Assembly: GCA_965249545.1 (NCBI GenBank)
Contig: CBDFMH010000005.1
Coordinates: 1,095,116-1,159,115 of the forward strand
Origin: Pirellulales bacterium
Lineage (GTDB): Bacteria > Planctomycetota > Planctomycetia > Pirellulales > UBA1268
Length of the DNA: 64,000 nucleotides
Direction of reading: 5' to 3'
Shown here: positions 34,647 through 43,788 of the stretch, in pieces
How the letters are laid out: each line of letters starts with the position of its first letter
How positions within the stretch are numbered: the stretch's first letter is position 1
The notes under the pieces: model-generated
What the model saw: the letters and a program-made list of their open reading frames with translations, nothing else
Databases searched by the model: none
Told to the model about the DNA's origin: nothing
Made by a program: the position numbers and the translations under genes

Positions 34647-36782
34647 TTAGGCATCACCATCAAAATCTAAACCGTATTCTGCTTCTGCTGCATTGAAAGC
34701 TACTGAGTCATCAACTTCAATCCACGGTAAGTTCCCGGTACGCGTCCAGGTTGCGGACATGCTGAACGTAAGCAGTGAGCCTGTTGAGTGCTTTAAGACA
34801 AATCGTTTATCTCCGTCACCGAAGTCTTCAACAGCTACTGGTGTGTAGGTAGCGAAGTAGGTTTCGGTAAGTTGTGTTGTGCCAGAGAGATAAATTGGTT
34901 GGCTGCCAGCGTATAGCCTGCCAGACTGATCCCGTCTTAGTGCTGTGCTCCCAGCAGTTTCTATCGGAGTAAAAATAAGCCCGGTATTACCATCGTCATC
35001 GAAATCAACTCCATATTCTAACTCTGCAGCATTAAAGGCAGTTGGATCATTAGTTTCAATCCATGGCAGGTTTCCGGTTCGCGTCCAGGTTGCGGACATG
35101 CTGAATGTAAGTAGTGAGCCTGTTGAGTGCTTTAAGACAAATCGTTTATCTCCGTCACCGAAGTCTTCAACAGCTACTGGTGTGTAGGCAGCGAAGTAGG
35201 TTTCGGTGAGCTGCGTCGTACCAGACATGTAAAGCGGTTGGTCGTCAGCATAAAGTTTTCCAGAAAGATCTTTTTTCAGCTTCAAGCCATTGGTCTCTAA
35301 TTCAATGAGTGAAACATCGCCGTCACTATCAAAGTCGACGCCGTAGTCGGCCTCTGCAGCATTAAAGGCAGTTGGATCATTAGTTTCAATCCATGGCAGG
35401 TTTCCAGTTCGCGTCCAGGTTGCGGACATGCTGAATGTAAGCAGTGAGCCTGTTGAGTGCTTTAAGACAAATCGTTTATCTCCGTCACCGAAGTCTTCAA
35501 CAGCTACTGGTGTGTAGGCAGCGAAGTAGGTTTCGGTGAGCTGCGTCGTACCAGACATGTAAAGCGGTTGGTCGTCAGCATAAAGTTTTCCAGAAAGATC
35601 TTTTTTCAGCTTCAAGCCATTGGTCTCTAATTCAATGAGTGAAACATCGCCGTCACTATCAAAGTCGACGCCGTAGTCGGCCTCTGCAGCATTAAAGGCA
35701 GTTGGATCATTAGTTTCGATCCATGGCAGGTTTCCAGTTCGCGTCCAGGTTGCGGACATGCTGAATGTAAGCAGTGAGCCTGTTGAGTGCTTTAAGACAA
35801 ATCGTTTATCTCCGTCACCGAAGTCTTCAACAGCTACTGGTGTGTAGGCAGCGAAGTAGGTTTCGGTGAGCTGCGTCGTACCAGACATGTAAAGCGGTTG
35901 GTCACCAGCGTAGAGTTTTCCATCTTGATCTTTGTTGAGAAGCGTTCCTGTACTCTCTAGTGCTGTCAAGATCCTGCCTGTGACGCCATCATTATTAAAG
36001 TCAATCCCGTATTCTAACTCTGCAGCATTAAAGGCAGTTGGATCATTAGTTTCGATCCATGGCAGGTTTCCAGTTCGCGTCCAGGTTGCGGACATGCTGA
36101 ATGTAAGCAGTGAGCCTGTTGAGTGCTTTAAGACAAATCGTTTATCTCCGTCACCGAAGTCTTCAACAGCTACTGGTGTGTAGGCAGCGAAGTAGGTTTC
36201 GGTGAGCTGCGTCGTACCAGACATGTAAAGCGGTTGGTCACCAGCGTAGAGTTTTCCATCTTGATCTTTGTTGAGAAGCGTTCCTGTACTCTCTAGTGCT
36301 GTCAAGATCCTGCCTGTGACGCCATCATTATTAAAGTCAATCCCGTATTCTAACTCTGCAGCATTAAAGGCAGTTGGATCATTAGTTTCGATCCATGGCA
36401 GGTTTCCAGTTCGCGTCCAGGTTGCGGACATGCTGAATGTAAGCAGTGAGCCTGTTGAGTGCTTTAAGACAAATCGTTTATCTCCGTCACCGAAGTCTTC
36501 AACAGCTACTGGTGTGTAGGCAGCGAAGTAGGTTTCGGTGAGCTGCGTCGTACCAGACATGTAAAGCGGTTGGTCACCAGCGTAGAGTTTTCCATCTTGA
36601 TCTTTGTTCAAGATTGTATTGCCTGCACTTTCAATCGCCGTCAGCACTGGTGTGACTGGTTCACCATCGCCATTCAACTGCACTGAAAATGTGTCGCTGG
36701 CGGTTTCGTTGTTATCAAGCTTTGACGTGGCAGTCACGGTGACGTTGACAGAACCCGATGCATCACCAACTGGTGTCAGCAA
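34647..36782 (-). CDS. Repeat-protein portion (6 x 112 aa) of a frameshifted cyclophilin-repeat fusion gene
   Basis: The reading frame is continuous through all the repeats. The N-terminal text LTPVGDASGSVNVTVTAT continues ...SFDGNGNLV of ORF 36776..37717 if one base is added to the aaa run at 36781-36783. Confidence 0.7.
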   Translation of the reverse strand: MLTPVGDASGSVNVTVTATSKLDNNETASDTFSVQLNGDGEPVTPVLTAIESAGNTILNKDQDGKLYAGDQPLYMSGTTQLTETYFAAYTPVAVEDFGDGDKRFVLKHSTGSLLTFSMSATWTRTGNLPWIETNDPTAFNAAELEYGIDFNNDGVTGRILTALESTGTLLNKDQDGKLYAGDQPLYMSGTTQLTETYFAAYTPVAVEDFGDGDKRFVLKHSTGSLLTFSMSATWTRTGNLPWIETNDPTAFNAAELEYGIDFNNDGVTGRILTALESTGTLLNKDQDGKLYAGDQPLYMSGTTQLTETYFAAYTPVAVEDFGDGDKRFVLKHSTGSLLTFSMSATWTRTGNLPWIETNDPTAFNAAEADYGVDFDSDGDVSLIELETNGLKLKKDLSGKLYADDQPLYMSGTTQLTETYFAAYTPVAVEDFGDGDKRFVLKHSTGSLLTFSMSATWTRTGNLPWIETNDPTAFNAAEADYGVDFDSDGDVSLIELETNGLKLKKDLSGKLYADDQPLYMSGTTQLTETYFAAYTPVAVEDFGDGDKRFVLKHSTGSLLTFSMSATWTRTGNLPWIETNDPTAFNAAELEYGVDFDDDGNTGLIFTPIETAGSTALRRDQSGRLYAGSQPIYLSGTTQLTETYFATYTPVAVEDFGDGDKRFVLKHSTGSLLTFSMSATWTRTGNLPWIEVDDSVAFNAAEAEYGLDFDGDA
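34650..36653 (-). repeat. Six tandem 336-bp (112-aa) in-frame repeats, several copies nearly identical at DNA level
   Basis: The peptide ...KLYAGDQPLYMSGTTQLTETYFAAYTPVAVEDFGDGDKRFVLKHSTGSLLTFSMSATWTRTGNLPWIETNDPTAFNAAE... recurs 6 times. Identical antisense shadow ORFs at 35932 and 36268 are exactly 336 nt apart. Confidence 0.9.
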
Positions 36783-37717
36783 ACCAGATTGCCGTTGCCG
36801 TCAAATGATGCAGTGAGCTTTGCTGTGTCAGAACTTGTGACCGTATACGTAAATAATGCTGACTCTGTTACTACATCAGCATTCTCGATTTGCACAAAGT
36901 CTTGAGGACGCACAATGTTGTCTTGATTGACATTCCAAAGCGGTAGATCAGACAGTGCTGTGTTTGAATAGTACGTCGTTGCATCATAGGTCAACGCACT
37001 GCCAATCGTATCAACAACCGTCATGCCAGAGCCTAAGACACTACCGAATTGCGTGTAGCCACCGTTGTCAGAATCAAGGAACGAGTTGTCGCTGAGGTTG
37101 AAGAAAAACTGGCTTGTCGCGCTGTCCGGCTGGCCACCCAGTTTTGCCATCGCGATTGTGCCACGAGTATTCAGGTTGCCTGGCTCGTTTTGAACGGTAC
37201 CCGTGGTAGGAATCGCAACAGGGTCACTCCCCGGTTGATCAGCCGCGACTGTCGGTGCTTTAAAGCCACCACCCTGAATGACAAAATCAGAAACAGATCG
37301 ATGGAACTTTGAATTGTCGTAGGCACCACTATTCACATACGACAGAAAGTTTGCATTTGTTAATGGCGTGTTGTCTGTCAACTCAACATAGAAGTCATTG
37401 TCTGCGAGTGGTGCGTTTGTCTCAAACTTGACGACAGTGCCAGACACTGCAGTGTCTTGAAACTTGCCTTCAATAGCTACCGTCAACGGATCAGTTGTGT
37501 CGAAAACTTGATCAGTGAATTGCACGGCAACGTCTGCTGCCAAGAGCTGTTTTGGCTCAAGCGTCTCGCACGAAAGAGCACTTCCTTGTCGTCGTGCACG
37601 TCGCCGACGATGTGACCGACGCAATGTCATCTCTCCACGAGAAAGGTGAAGGACCTCAAAAAGCTTTGAAAGAGCATTCATGGTTTTTTCTAGTTGCCTT
37701 CTCCTGCCTGCCCGCAA
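36776..37717 (-). CDS. Cyclophilin-type peptidyl-prolyl cis-trans isomerase domain protein (N-terminal part of the fusion)
   Basis: Motifs: ...YDNSKFHRSVSDFVIQGGGFK...NEPGNLNTRGTIAMAKLGGQPDSATSQFFFNLSDN...YTQFGSV. The N-terminus RRRRARRQGSALSCETLEPKQLLAADV carries the planctomycete-style motif. Confidence 0.8.
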   Translation of the reverse strand: MRAGRRRQLEKTMNALSKLFEVLHLSRGEMTLRRSHRRRRARRQGSALSCETLEPKQLLAADVAVQFTDQVFDTTDPLTVAIEGKFQDTAVSGTVVKFETNAPLADNDFYVELTDNTPLTNANFLSYVNSGAYDNSKFHRSVSDFVIQGGGFKAPTVAADQPGSDPVAIPTTGTVQNEPGNLNTRGTIAMAKLGGQPDSATSQFFFNLSDNSFLDSDNGGYTQFGSVLGSGMTVVDTIGSALTYDATTYYSNTALSDLPLWNVNQDNIVRPQDFVQIENADVVTESALFTYTVTSSDTAKLTASFDGNGNLVC

Positions 37718-37995
37718 GGAAGAAGACGATCCCGATCAGTTGTTTGAGTCGTCTTTGAGGTTTCCAAACCAACGGACAACGAACAAACGTCGCCCTTCCG
37801 CATGTGGGCCGATATCCCACATCAGTTGTACTACGCTGAATTCCCCAAAACGGTTCAATTGATGCCCTGCCAAAACATTTTCGACGTTTTCTTGCTTTGA
37901 GTCAAGAAATTGTTGAAACCATAATGATGTCTTGAAAACCTAAGGACTGGTTTTTACGTTTCCAGAAAATTCAGTAAAAATACGCGACGAAGGGA

Positions 37996-40440
37996 CTATT
38001 TTTTCATCGCTTTTCGCACCAAATCCGTGAATTCTGCCCGGTAGCTCCCTGAATCAGCCCCAAGTGCCTCACCCGCAATCTGGCCAACTTTTTTGTACGT
38101 CATTTCACCGGACTCTTTCGAGCCCCGTAAAAGCATCCCAAAACTGGCCACCGCTGAGGCAAATCTCAGATCATCTGACGCGTTCTCAAACGCCCCGCCA
38201 CGGTCGGCAAGAGGAAATTCCTTAAGTGTGCTGACACTGCCCTCGGGCTGCTTCCAGCGAAGTTTCACTGTGAGAAGATCATCACTTGGTTCACCATCAG
38301 TACCCTTCAGCACTGGTGGCTCAGGCTGCTGCTGATACTTCAGCGGCTCTGCACCACGGCCCGGGGCAACACCACGCGGCACAACTTCATACAGCGCGGT
38401 CACACTATGGCCAGCCCCGATTTCACCAGCGTCTTTCGTATCATCACGAAAGTCTTCTGCTGCCATCACCCGGTTCTCATACCCAATCAATCGATAGTTG
38501 GCGACCGTCGCTGGATTAAACTCGACCTGCAACTTCACATCCTTCGCCACCGTGATGGTGCTCCCAGTGAGTTGCTCAACCAGAACTTTTCGAGCTTCCC
38601 GCAGTCCATCAATATAGGCATAGAGACCATTGCCATTGTCAGCAATTCGCTCCATCTTGGCATCCTGAAGATTCCCCTCACCAAAGCCAAGTACGGTCAG
38701 AAAGACCCCACTCTTTGCCTTTTTTCGAATGAGCGACTCAAGCGCATCGTCACTGGTAATGCCAACATTTAAGTCACCATCAGTTGCCAGCAACACCCGG
38801 TTGGCACCACCTTCAACAAAGTTTTCCGTCGCCTGCTCATAGGCAAGCTCAATGCCAGCACTGCCATGCGTTGAACCACCTGAAGAAAGTGAATCAATGG
38901 CCTCGAGTATTGTCTCCTTGTCGTCACCCGATGTCGGTGGAAGTTTCAGGCCAGCATTGCCAGAATATGTGACGAGTGAAATACGATCGTTGGCAGAAAG
39001 CTCTCGTACCAACATCTTGAGGCTTTGTTTCACAAGCGGCAGCTTGTTTGCCGCCGACATCGACCCCGACACATCGACCAGAAACACCAGGTTGCCAGCT
39101 GGCCGTTCACCACGGTCAATGTCCTTCGCTTTCAGCCCAATGCGAACGACCAGCCTGTCTGCATGCCAGGGAGAAGCAGCTGCCTCAAGCGACACAGAAA
39201 ATGGGTCGTCCCCAGTCGGAGCCGGATCATCGTATGAAAAGTAATTGATGAGCTCTTCAATACGCACAGCATTTTTTGGTGGTCGCCGACCACTATTCAA
39301 AAACCGCCTTACGTTTGCATAGCTTGCCGTATCAACATCCACAGAAAAGGTTGAAAGTGGCTCCCGCATCGGGTCACGAAGTGGATTTTCTGTAATGGCA
39401 GCATAGGTTTCTCGGTTTGGCTGGAAGTGTCGTTTAGGCACTTCACGTTCGAAAAACATATCGTCAGATTCGATTACCCGTGTTTTGCTCTTCTTCATCG
39501 CACGGCTCCGAGAAAGAGAGCGTGGTTCAGTGACTGCGAGCGAGTTGTTGAGAGCCATGGTTGGGCGTTCAGATAACGTTGACGCCGGTCCGCTCATTTC
39601 CAGCTCACCTTTCGATGCCTGATAACCCTGAGTTGGCACCCGAGTAGGCATTGGTGCCGCAGCAAGTACATCCGCGCTCGACTGCAAAGGCTTAACTGAT
39701 TGATCTGCATCGGCCATCGCGCCACCACCAACCTTCACCCCGCTTTGACGTGCCGCAGTGTCACTCGCAATCATGTCACCAGCAATTCCAGCAGAACGTC
39801 CTGCCTGAAAGCTCTCTGCACGCTGTTTTGCAGCTGGCATCGCCTTCTGCTGTTCATCAGCAAAATCATGTTCCATCTGAGCACCCCGGCGAGACCTGTT
39901 CCGGCCTTCGGCTGGCACCATGGCAATTTCACTGGACAGTTCATTCGCTTGATCAACCAGAGCTTTTTCTATTTTCGTTTGCTGCAACACGTCTGGTTGC
40001 ATCACAACAATGACGGCAATCACCGCAGCAAGACTTGCCAGCCCGGAAAGCCAACGAACAAGGCGTCGGCTGGTCTTCTTGCGTTGGGCTGCTGTGTCTG
40101 TACTCGTAGCCGGTGCGATTGAGCCATTTTTTGCAATCGCCGCAAGCACTGCCTGCCGCACTTCTTTGCGTGCTAGGTCATCAGCAAGTGACGCAGTTTC
40201 TTGCGTCGCAGCTGATTGAAGAGCGTCTGCTATTTTTGTTGTGTCGGCTGCCAGCTGTTCGGCTTCACGACGGTGTTGGCCCGAACGTATTTCTGCAGCT
40301 TCTGCAGCGTCTGCTGAGCCAGGTTCGAGCTGTCCCAGGGCCTCAGCTGTGAGGAGAGCCTGCTGTTCTTCACTGAGTTGTGAGGCATCAGCCTGTCGTT
40401 TGTCTGGCGTGTTTTCGTTGTGTTGATTGTGACTATTCAT
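37996..40440 (-). CDS. Putative anti-sigma factor with periplasmic von Willebrand factor A domain (YfbK/DUF3520-like)
   Basis: It has a 4-nt ATGA overlap with the upstream ECF sigma gene and a single TM segment (LSGLASLAAVIAVIVVM). Further motifs: STFSVDVDTASYANVRRFLNSGRRPPKNAVRIEELINYF, and the VWA MIDAS region LVFLVDVSGSMS...LATDGDLNVG. Confidence 0.7.
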   Translation of the reverse strand: MNSHNQHNENTPDKRQADASQLSEEQQALLTAEALGQLEPGSADAAEAAEIRSGQHRREAEQLAADTTKIADALQSAATQETASLADDLARKEVRQAVLAAIAKNGSIAPATSTDTAAQRKKTSRRLVRWLSGLASLAAVIAVIVVMQPDVLQQTKIEKALVDQANELSSEIAMVPAEGRNRSRRGAQMEHDFADEQQKAMPAAKQRAESFQAGRSAGIAGDMIASDTAARQSGVKVGGGAMADADQSVKPLQSSADVLAAAPMPTRVPTQGYQASKGELEMSGPASTLSERPTMALNNSLAVTEPRSLSRSRAMKKSKTRVIESDDMFFEREVPKRHFQPNRETYAAITENPLRDPMREPLSTFSVDVDTASYANVRRFLNSGRRPPKNAVRIEELINYFSYDDPAPTGDDPFSVSLEAAASPWHADRLVVRIGLKAKDIDRGERPAGNLVFLVDVSGSMSAANKLPLVKQSLKMLVRELSANDRISLVTYSGNAGLKLPPTSGDDKETILEAIDSLSSGGSTHGSAGIELAYEQATENFVEGGANRVLLATDGDLNVGITSDDALESLIRKKAKSGVFLTVLGFGEGNLQDAKMERIADNGNGLYAYIDGLREARKVLVEQLTGSTITVAKDVKLQVEFNPATVANYRLIGYENRVMAAEDFRDDTKDAGEIGAGHSVTALYEVVPRGVAPGRGAEPLKYQQQPEPPVLKGTDGEPSDDLLTVKLRWKQPEGSVSTLKEFPLADRGGAFENASDDLRFASAVASFGMLLRGSKESGEMTYKKVGQIAGEALGADSGSYRAEFTDLVRKAMKK

Positions 40441-41048
40441 CGTGACATCCTCGTCGTGTGTTCAGTGGAAGCATCGTGCAAAAGCTCACGAATCCGCGGA
40501 TGCGTTCGGAGCGTGGTCAGTCCGCGATGCGTCAGCACCCGAACGTTTGCTTCACTTCGCCCGGTCACTTCAGCAGTCTGTCGGGAAGACAGGCCGCTGC
40601 ACCAAAGGTCGAGTGTTTCCCGCTGAGCAGGAGGAAGATGGTCGAGCAACTGACTAACAAGCTTCGTCAGATCATGTCGCTCGGCGAGTGTTGCCGGATT
40701 CTCCTCTCGAGTATCCAGCGGTGTGGGGATGGCTGCAGTTTCACCATCATCTTGAAGGAACGTCTGTTCACGGCCGGCTCGCCTGAGATGGTCGATCGCT
40801 TTATTGCGACAGACTCGAAACAGCCAGGGTGCCACCCGGCCTTGAAGATGCTCTTGCGACTGCTCGCAGAGTTTGACAAACGCATGCTGTACAGCGTCGT
40901 TCGCTAAGTCGAAGTCGTTGAGTAACCGTCGAGCATATCTCAGCAACGGTAACTCGTACGCTTCAACAGCCTCCAGCACCCAATATGATGGGTCATCGGG
41001 TGATGGATCACCGGCTGTGGACATGATGAAGTTCTCCGAGTTGAACAA
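40437..41048 (-). CDS. ECF-family RNA polymerase sigma factor (sigma-70 regions 2 and 4)
   Basis: Motifs: ...LLRYARRLLNDFDLANDAVQHAFVKL...WLFRVCRNKAIDHLRR... (region 2) and ...LPPAQRETLDLWCSGLSSRQTAEVTGRSEANVRVLTHRGL (region 4). Confidence 0.85.
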   Translation of the reverse strand: MFNSENFIMSTAGDPSPDDPSYWVLEAVEAYELPLLRYARRLLNDFDLANDAVQHAFVKLCEQSQEHLQGRVAPWLFRVCRNKAIDHLRRAGREQTFLQDDGETAAIPTPLDTREENPATLAERHDLTKLVSQLLDHLPPAQRETLDLWCSGLSSRQTAEVTGRSEANVRVLTHRGLTTLRTHPRIRELLHDASTEHTTRMSR

Positions 41049-41101
41049 AGTGGTTCTGCCCGGATGACGACGAGGTCGGCTTGGTGTTACACCAAAATGT
41101 G

Positions 41102-42160
41102 TTACTTCTCGTTTGCTGCCGGGTTAGGGGCTGTTTTCCCCCCAATACTCTTTAGCAGACTGAACAAATCACTGTCCGTCGAGAGCACCAGCGTACTATC
41201 TCGGCCAAGCGTGGTTTTATAGGTATCCAGCGTCTTTACAAAGGTGTAGAAGTCAGCTGCCATTGGGCTCGAAGTGTACGCGTTGGCATAGATTTCAGAG
41301 GCCTCTGCATCGGCACGACCACGAATCTGTTCGACTTCGCGATAGGCGTCTGATTCAATCTGGGAAAGATCCCGTTCTTTTTTTCCACTAATCTTTGCAG
41401 CTTCTCCAGCACCCTCAGAGCGGAATCGCTCTGCAATCTGAAGCCGTTCGGACTTCATGCGGTCATAGATTTTTTCAATGACACCCTGCTTATAATTGAG
41501 TCGTTTTATTTTGACATCCAACAGTTCAATGCCCCAGATACCAACTTTTGGTGAAGCCGCTGCAAGAATCTGATCTTCTAGTCGATGCCGGCCAATTCGA
41601 ATGGGAGGCAAAACACCAATCGTTCCACCAGACTCTGCAAGGATCGCATCCTGTTCAGGGGTTCGGTCTTTATCTGAACGGACGACTTCAATCAGATCAT
41701 GCCGGGCAATCACATTTCGGGTCTCACTGCCAATGATGTCGTCAAGCCGCGACAGGGCACTTCGCTCATCACGCAGGCTTTGGAAATACCGCAGCGGATC
41801 AGCAATACGCCATCGTCCAAACGTGTCGACCACAACATAGAGTTTGTCACGCGTGGTCATTTCACTTGGTTGTCCGTCCCACTCAAGAATCCGTTTGTCA
41901 AAGCTGTTGGCTGTTTGCACAAATGGAATCTTAAAGTGCAGTCCGGCACCTGAGGCCGAATCGACTGCATTGATCGGGCTGCCAACGGGCCGACCAAACT
42001 GGGTAATGACGACCTGCTCCGTCTGGTCGACGGTGTAGGCACAGCCAAATACAACAATGGCAAGCAGAACAATGCCTGCAAGGCCAACCGGTGAAAACAG
42101 GAAGTCACCAGCACGACGGGCAAAGACAAGGACAGGGTGATTAATAGGCATGGGGCTCAT
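41102..42160 (-). CDS. hflC: FtsH protease modulator HflC (SPFH/band-7)
   Basis: Motifs: TVDQTEQVVITQFGRPVG...GLHFKIPFVQTANSFDKRILEWDG...IELLDVKIKRLNY. It has a 4-nt overlap with hflK. Confidence 0.8.
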   Translation of the reverse strand: MSPMPINHPVLVFARRAGDFLFSPVGLAGIVLLAIVVFGCAYTVDQTEQVVITQFGRPVGSPINAVDSASGAGLHFKIPFVQTANSFDKRILEWDGQPSEMTTRDKLYVVVDTFGRWRIADPLRYFQSLRDERSALSRLDDIIGSETRNVIARHDLIEVVRSDKDRTPEQDAILAESGGTIGVLPPIRIGRHRLEDQILAAASPKVGIWGIELLDVKIKRLNYKQGVIEKIYDRMKSERLQIAERFRSEGAGEAAKISGKKERDLSQIESDAYREVEQIRGRADAEASEIYANAYTSSPMAADFYTFVKTLDTYKTTLGRDSTLVLSTDSDLFSLLKSIGGKTAPNPAANEK

Positions 42161-43140
42161 CGTTTTGCCTCCGGTGAAAGTTGTTGGAGGTTCATCAGCG
42201 GCAAGAACTGCTGGACATCTGCATCGAGGATGACCTTGCTGCCGAGTTGGGGAAGAATCTCACTAATTGTTTCGAGATAGAGCCGCTGACGGGTGACGTC
42301 AGGTGCTTTCTCATACTGTTCAAGAAGGGCTGAAAATCGGGCAATATCGCCTTTTGCCTCGTTCACACGTTTGACGGCATAGCCTTCTGCACCCTGGATT
42401 GTGCGATCAGCTTCACCACGGGCTCGCGGCACAACTTTGTTGTACTCACCATTGGCCTGATTAATCATTTCTTCTCGCTCCTGCTGGGCTCGGTTGACCT
42501 CATCAAATGAGGCCTGCACAGCAGACGGCGGATGCACGTTTTTCAGTTGGACCTGCTGCACGCGAAGTCCCATCTCAAGGCTTTGGACAAGATCGGTCAG
42601 TTTTGCGATAGCAGCGCTCTCGATGCCTTGTCGACCGATGGTTAGCACTTCATCAACAGTGCGGTCACCAATGACTTCACGCATGACACTTTCAGCCAGG
42701 TCACGAAGTGTGGCGGCAGGTTCGCGTAGATTAAAAAGGAACTGCTCCGGATCGCTGATTTCATATTGCACAACCCACTCAACATGGGCCGCATTGAGAT
42801 CACCTGTAACCATGTCCGCTTCACGATCTTGCTCCCGTGAAACCTGATAGAGATCATTTGCCCCACCAGTTCCAAAACCGAATTCCATTTTCAACTGCCG
42901 CTTCACTGGCAGGATGGTGACTCGGTCGATACCGAATGGCAGTTTGAAGCGAAGGCCAGGGTCGACCGTGCCGGTGTACTTTCCAAATCGCTGGATCACA
43001 CCAACGCTTTCGGTGCCAACCGAATAAACACTGCTCGAAAGAAGTGCGAGCCCTGCAATAACAATGGCTGCCAGCGGCACCAATGATCGACTCCAGCGAG
43101 GGTCGATTTGAGGGATTTCAATGCGAAATTCTTGAGACAT
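42157..43140 (-). CDS. hflK: FtsH protease modulator HflK (SPFH/band-7)
   Basis: Motifs: SVGTESVGVIQRFGKYTGTVDPGLRFKLPFGIDRVTILPV...VTGDLNAAHVEWVVQY...GLRVQQVQLKNVHPP. Confidence 0.8.
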   Translation of the reverse strand: MSQEFRIEIPQIDPRWSRSLVPLAAIVIAGLALLSSSVYSVGTESVGVIQRFGKYTGTVDPGLRFKLPFGIDRVTILPVKRQLKMEFGFGTGGANDLYQVSREQDREADMVTGDLNAAHVEWVVQYEISDPEQFLFNLREPAATLRDLAESVMREVIGDRTVDEVLTIGRQGIESAAIAKLTDLVQSLEMGLRVQQVQLKNVHPPSAVQASFDEVNRAQQEREEMINQANGEYNKVVPRARGEADRTIQGAEGYAVKRVNEAKGDIARFSALLEQYEKAPDVTRQRLYLETISEILPQLGSKVILDADVQQFLPLMNLQQLSPEAKR

Positions 43141-43410
43141 AGAACCTGTATTTCAGAGTTTTGAGCCGTGATGCCGGTACCGCAGTCGGCGGCCAGAAGG
43201 AAGCATCATACTCTCTGTAAGGAGTCTAGGTTCCCTGACCCGCAGAGTCACCCAAAACTACAAGGTTTTCTATATATAGAGTCATAGAGTCTGGGGTCGA
43301 ACCGATACAAACGACACAAAACCACCAAAAAAGCGTCTAAAAGCAGCTTTTTCAATCTGCGGGGGCCTGAGGGACCGGAGTCGTCGCTGCAGATTCGGTC
43401 TGAGAAAACA

Positions 43411-43788
43411 TCATGTTTCAATTCGTTTGGCAAACCGAGCCGTGGCCTCAAACTGAAAGCTCTCCGGGTGCAGAAGCTCAGCCAGTACTTCGAGCGAATC
43501 AACCAGTCGTGGTCCGGGCCTGTTAAAGAGATGGTGTCCATCAACCGCAAATAGCTTTCCTTCGCGGGTCGCTCGAAGGTCTTTGAGGTGCGGCCAGACG
43601 GCAGGGGTCTTTGCTTCAGTAAGAACCCGTTCCAACTCAAAGCCACACGGAATAAGGATCACGATATCTGGATCAGCCGCGGCGACATCCGGCCACTCAA
43701 TCCAGTGAGATTTCCCTGCGTCGGCCTTCAAGGCGTCAACGGCCCCAGCCATATGAATCATTTCCGGCACCCAGTTGCCGGCCGACAT
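43411..43788 (-). CDS. Periplasmic binding protein, C-terminal fragment
   Basis: The corrected frame reads KPRIALIEWLDPPMSAGNWVPEMIHMAGAVDAL...DPDIVILIPCGF...VDGHHLFNRPGPRLVDSLEVLAELLHPE. The frames join if one T of the 7-T run at 43826-43832 is removed. Confidence 0.65.
   Translation of the reverse strand: MSAGNWVPEMIHMAGAVDALKADAGKSHWIEWPDVAAADPDIVILIPCGFELERVLTEAKTPAVWPHLKDLRATREGKLFAVDGHHLFNRPGPRLVDSLEVLAELLHPESFQFEATARFAKRIET

Noticed and set aside
34650-36653. A strictly periodic repeat array that at first glance could be a CRISPR-like or satellite locus
   Set aside because: The period is 336 nt with no spacer/repeat alternation. The array is one continuous open reading frame encoding a 112-aa protein module.
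34945-36816. Repeated plus-strand 80-83-aa ORFs (34945, 35932, 36268, 36604)
   Set aside because: They are identical antisense shadows spaced at the 336-nt repeat period of the minus-strand gene.
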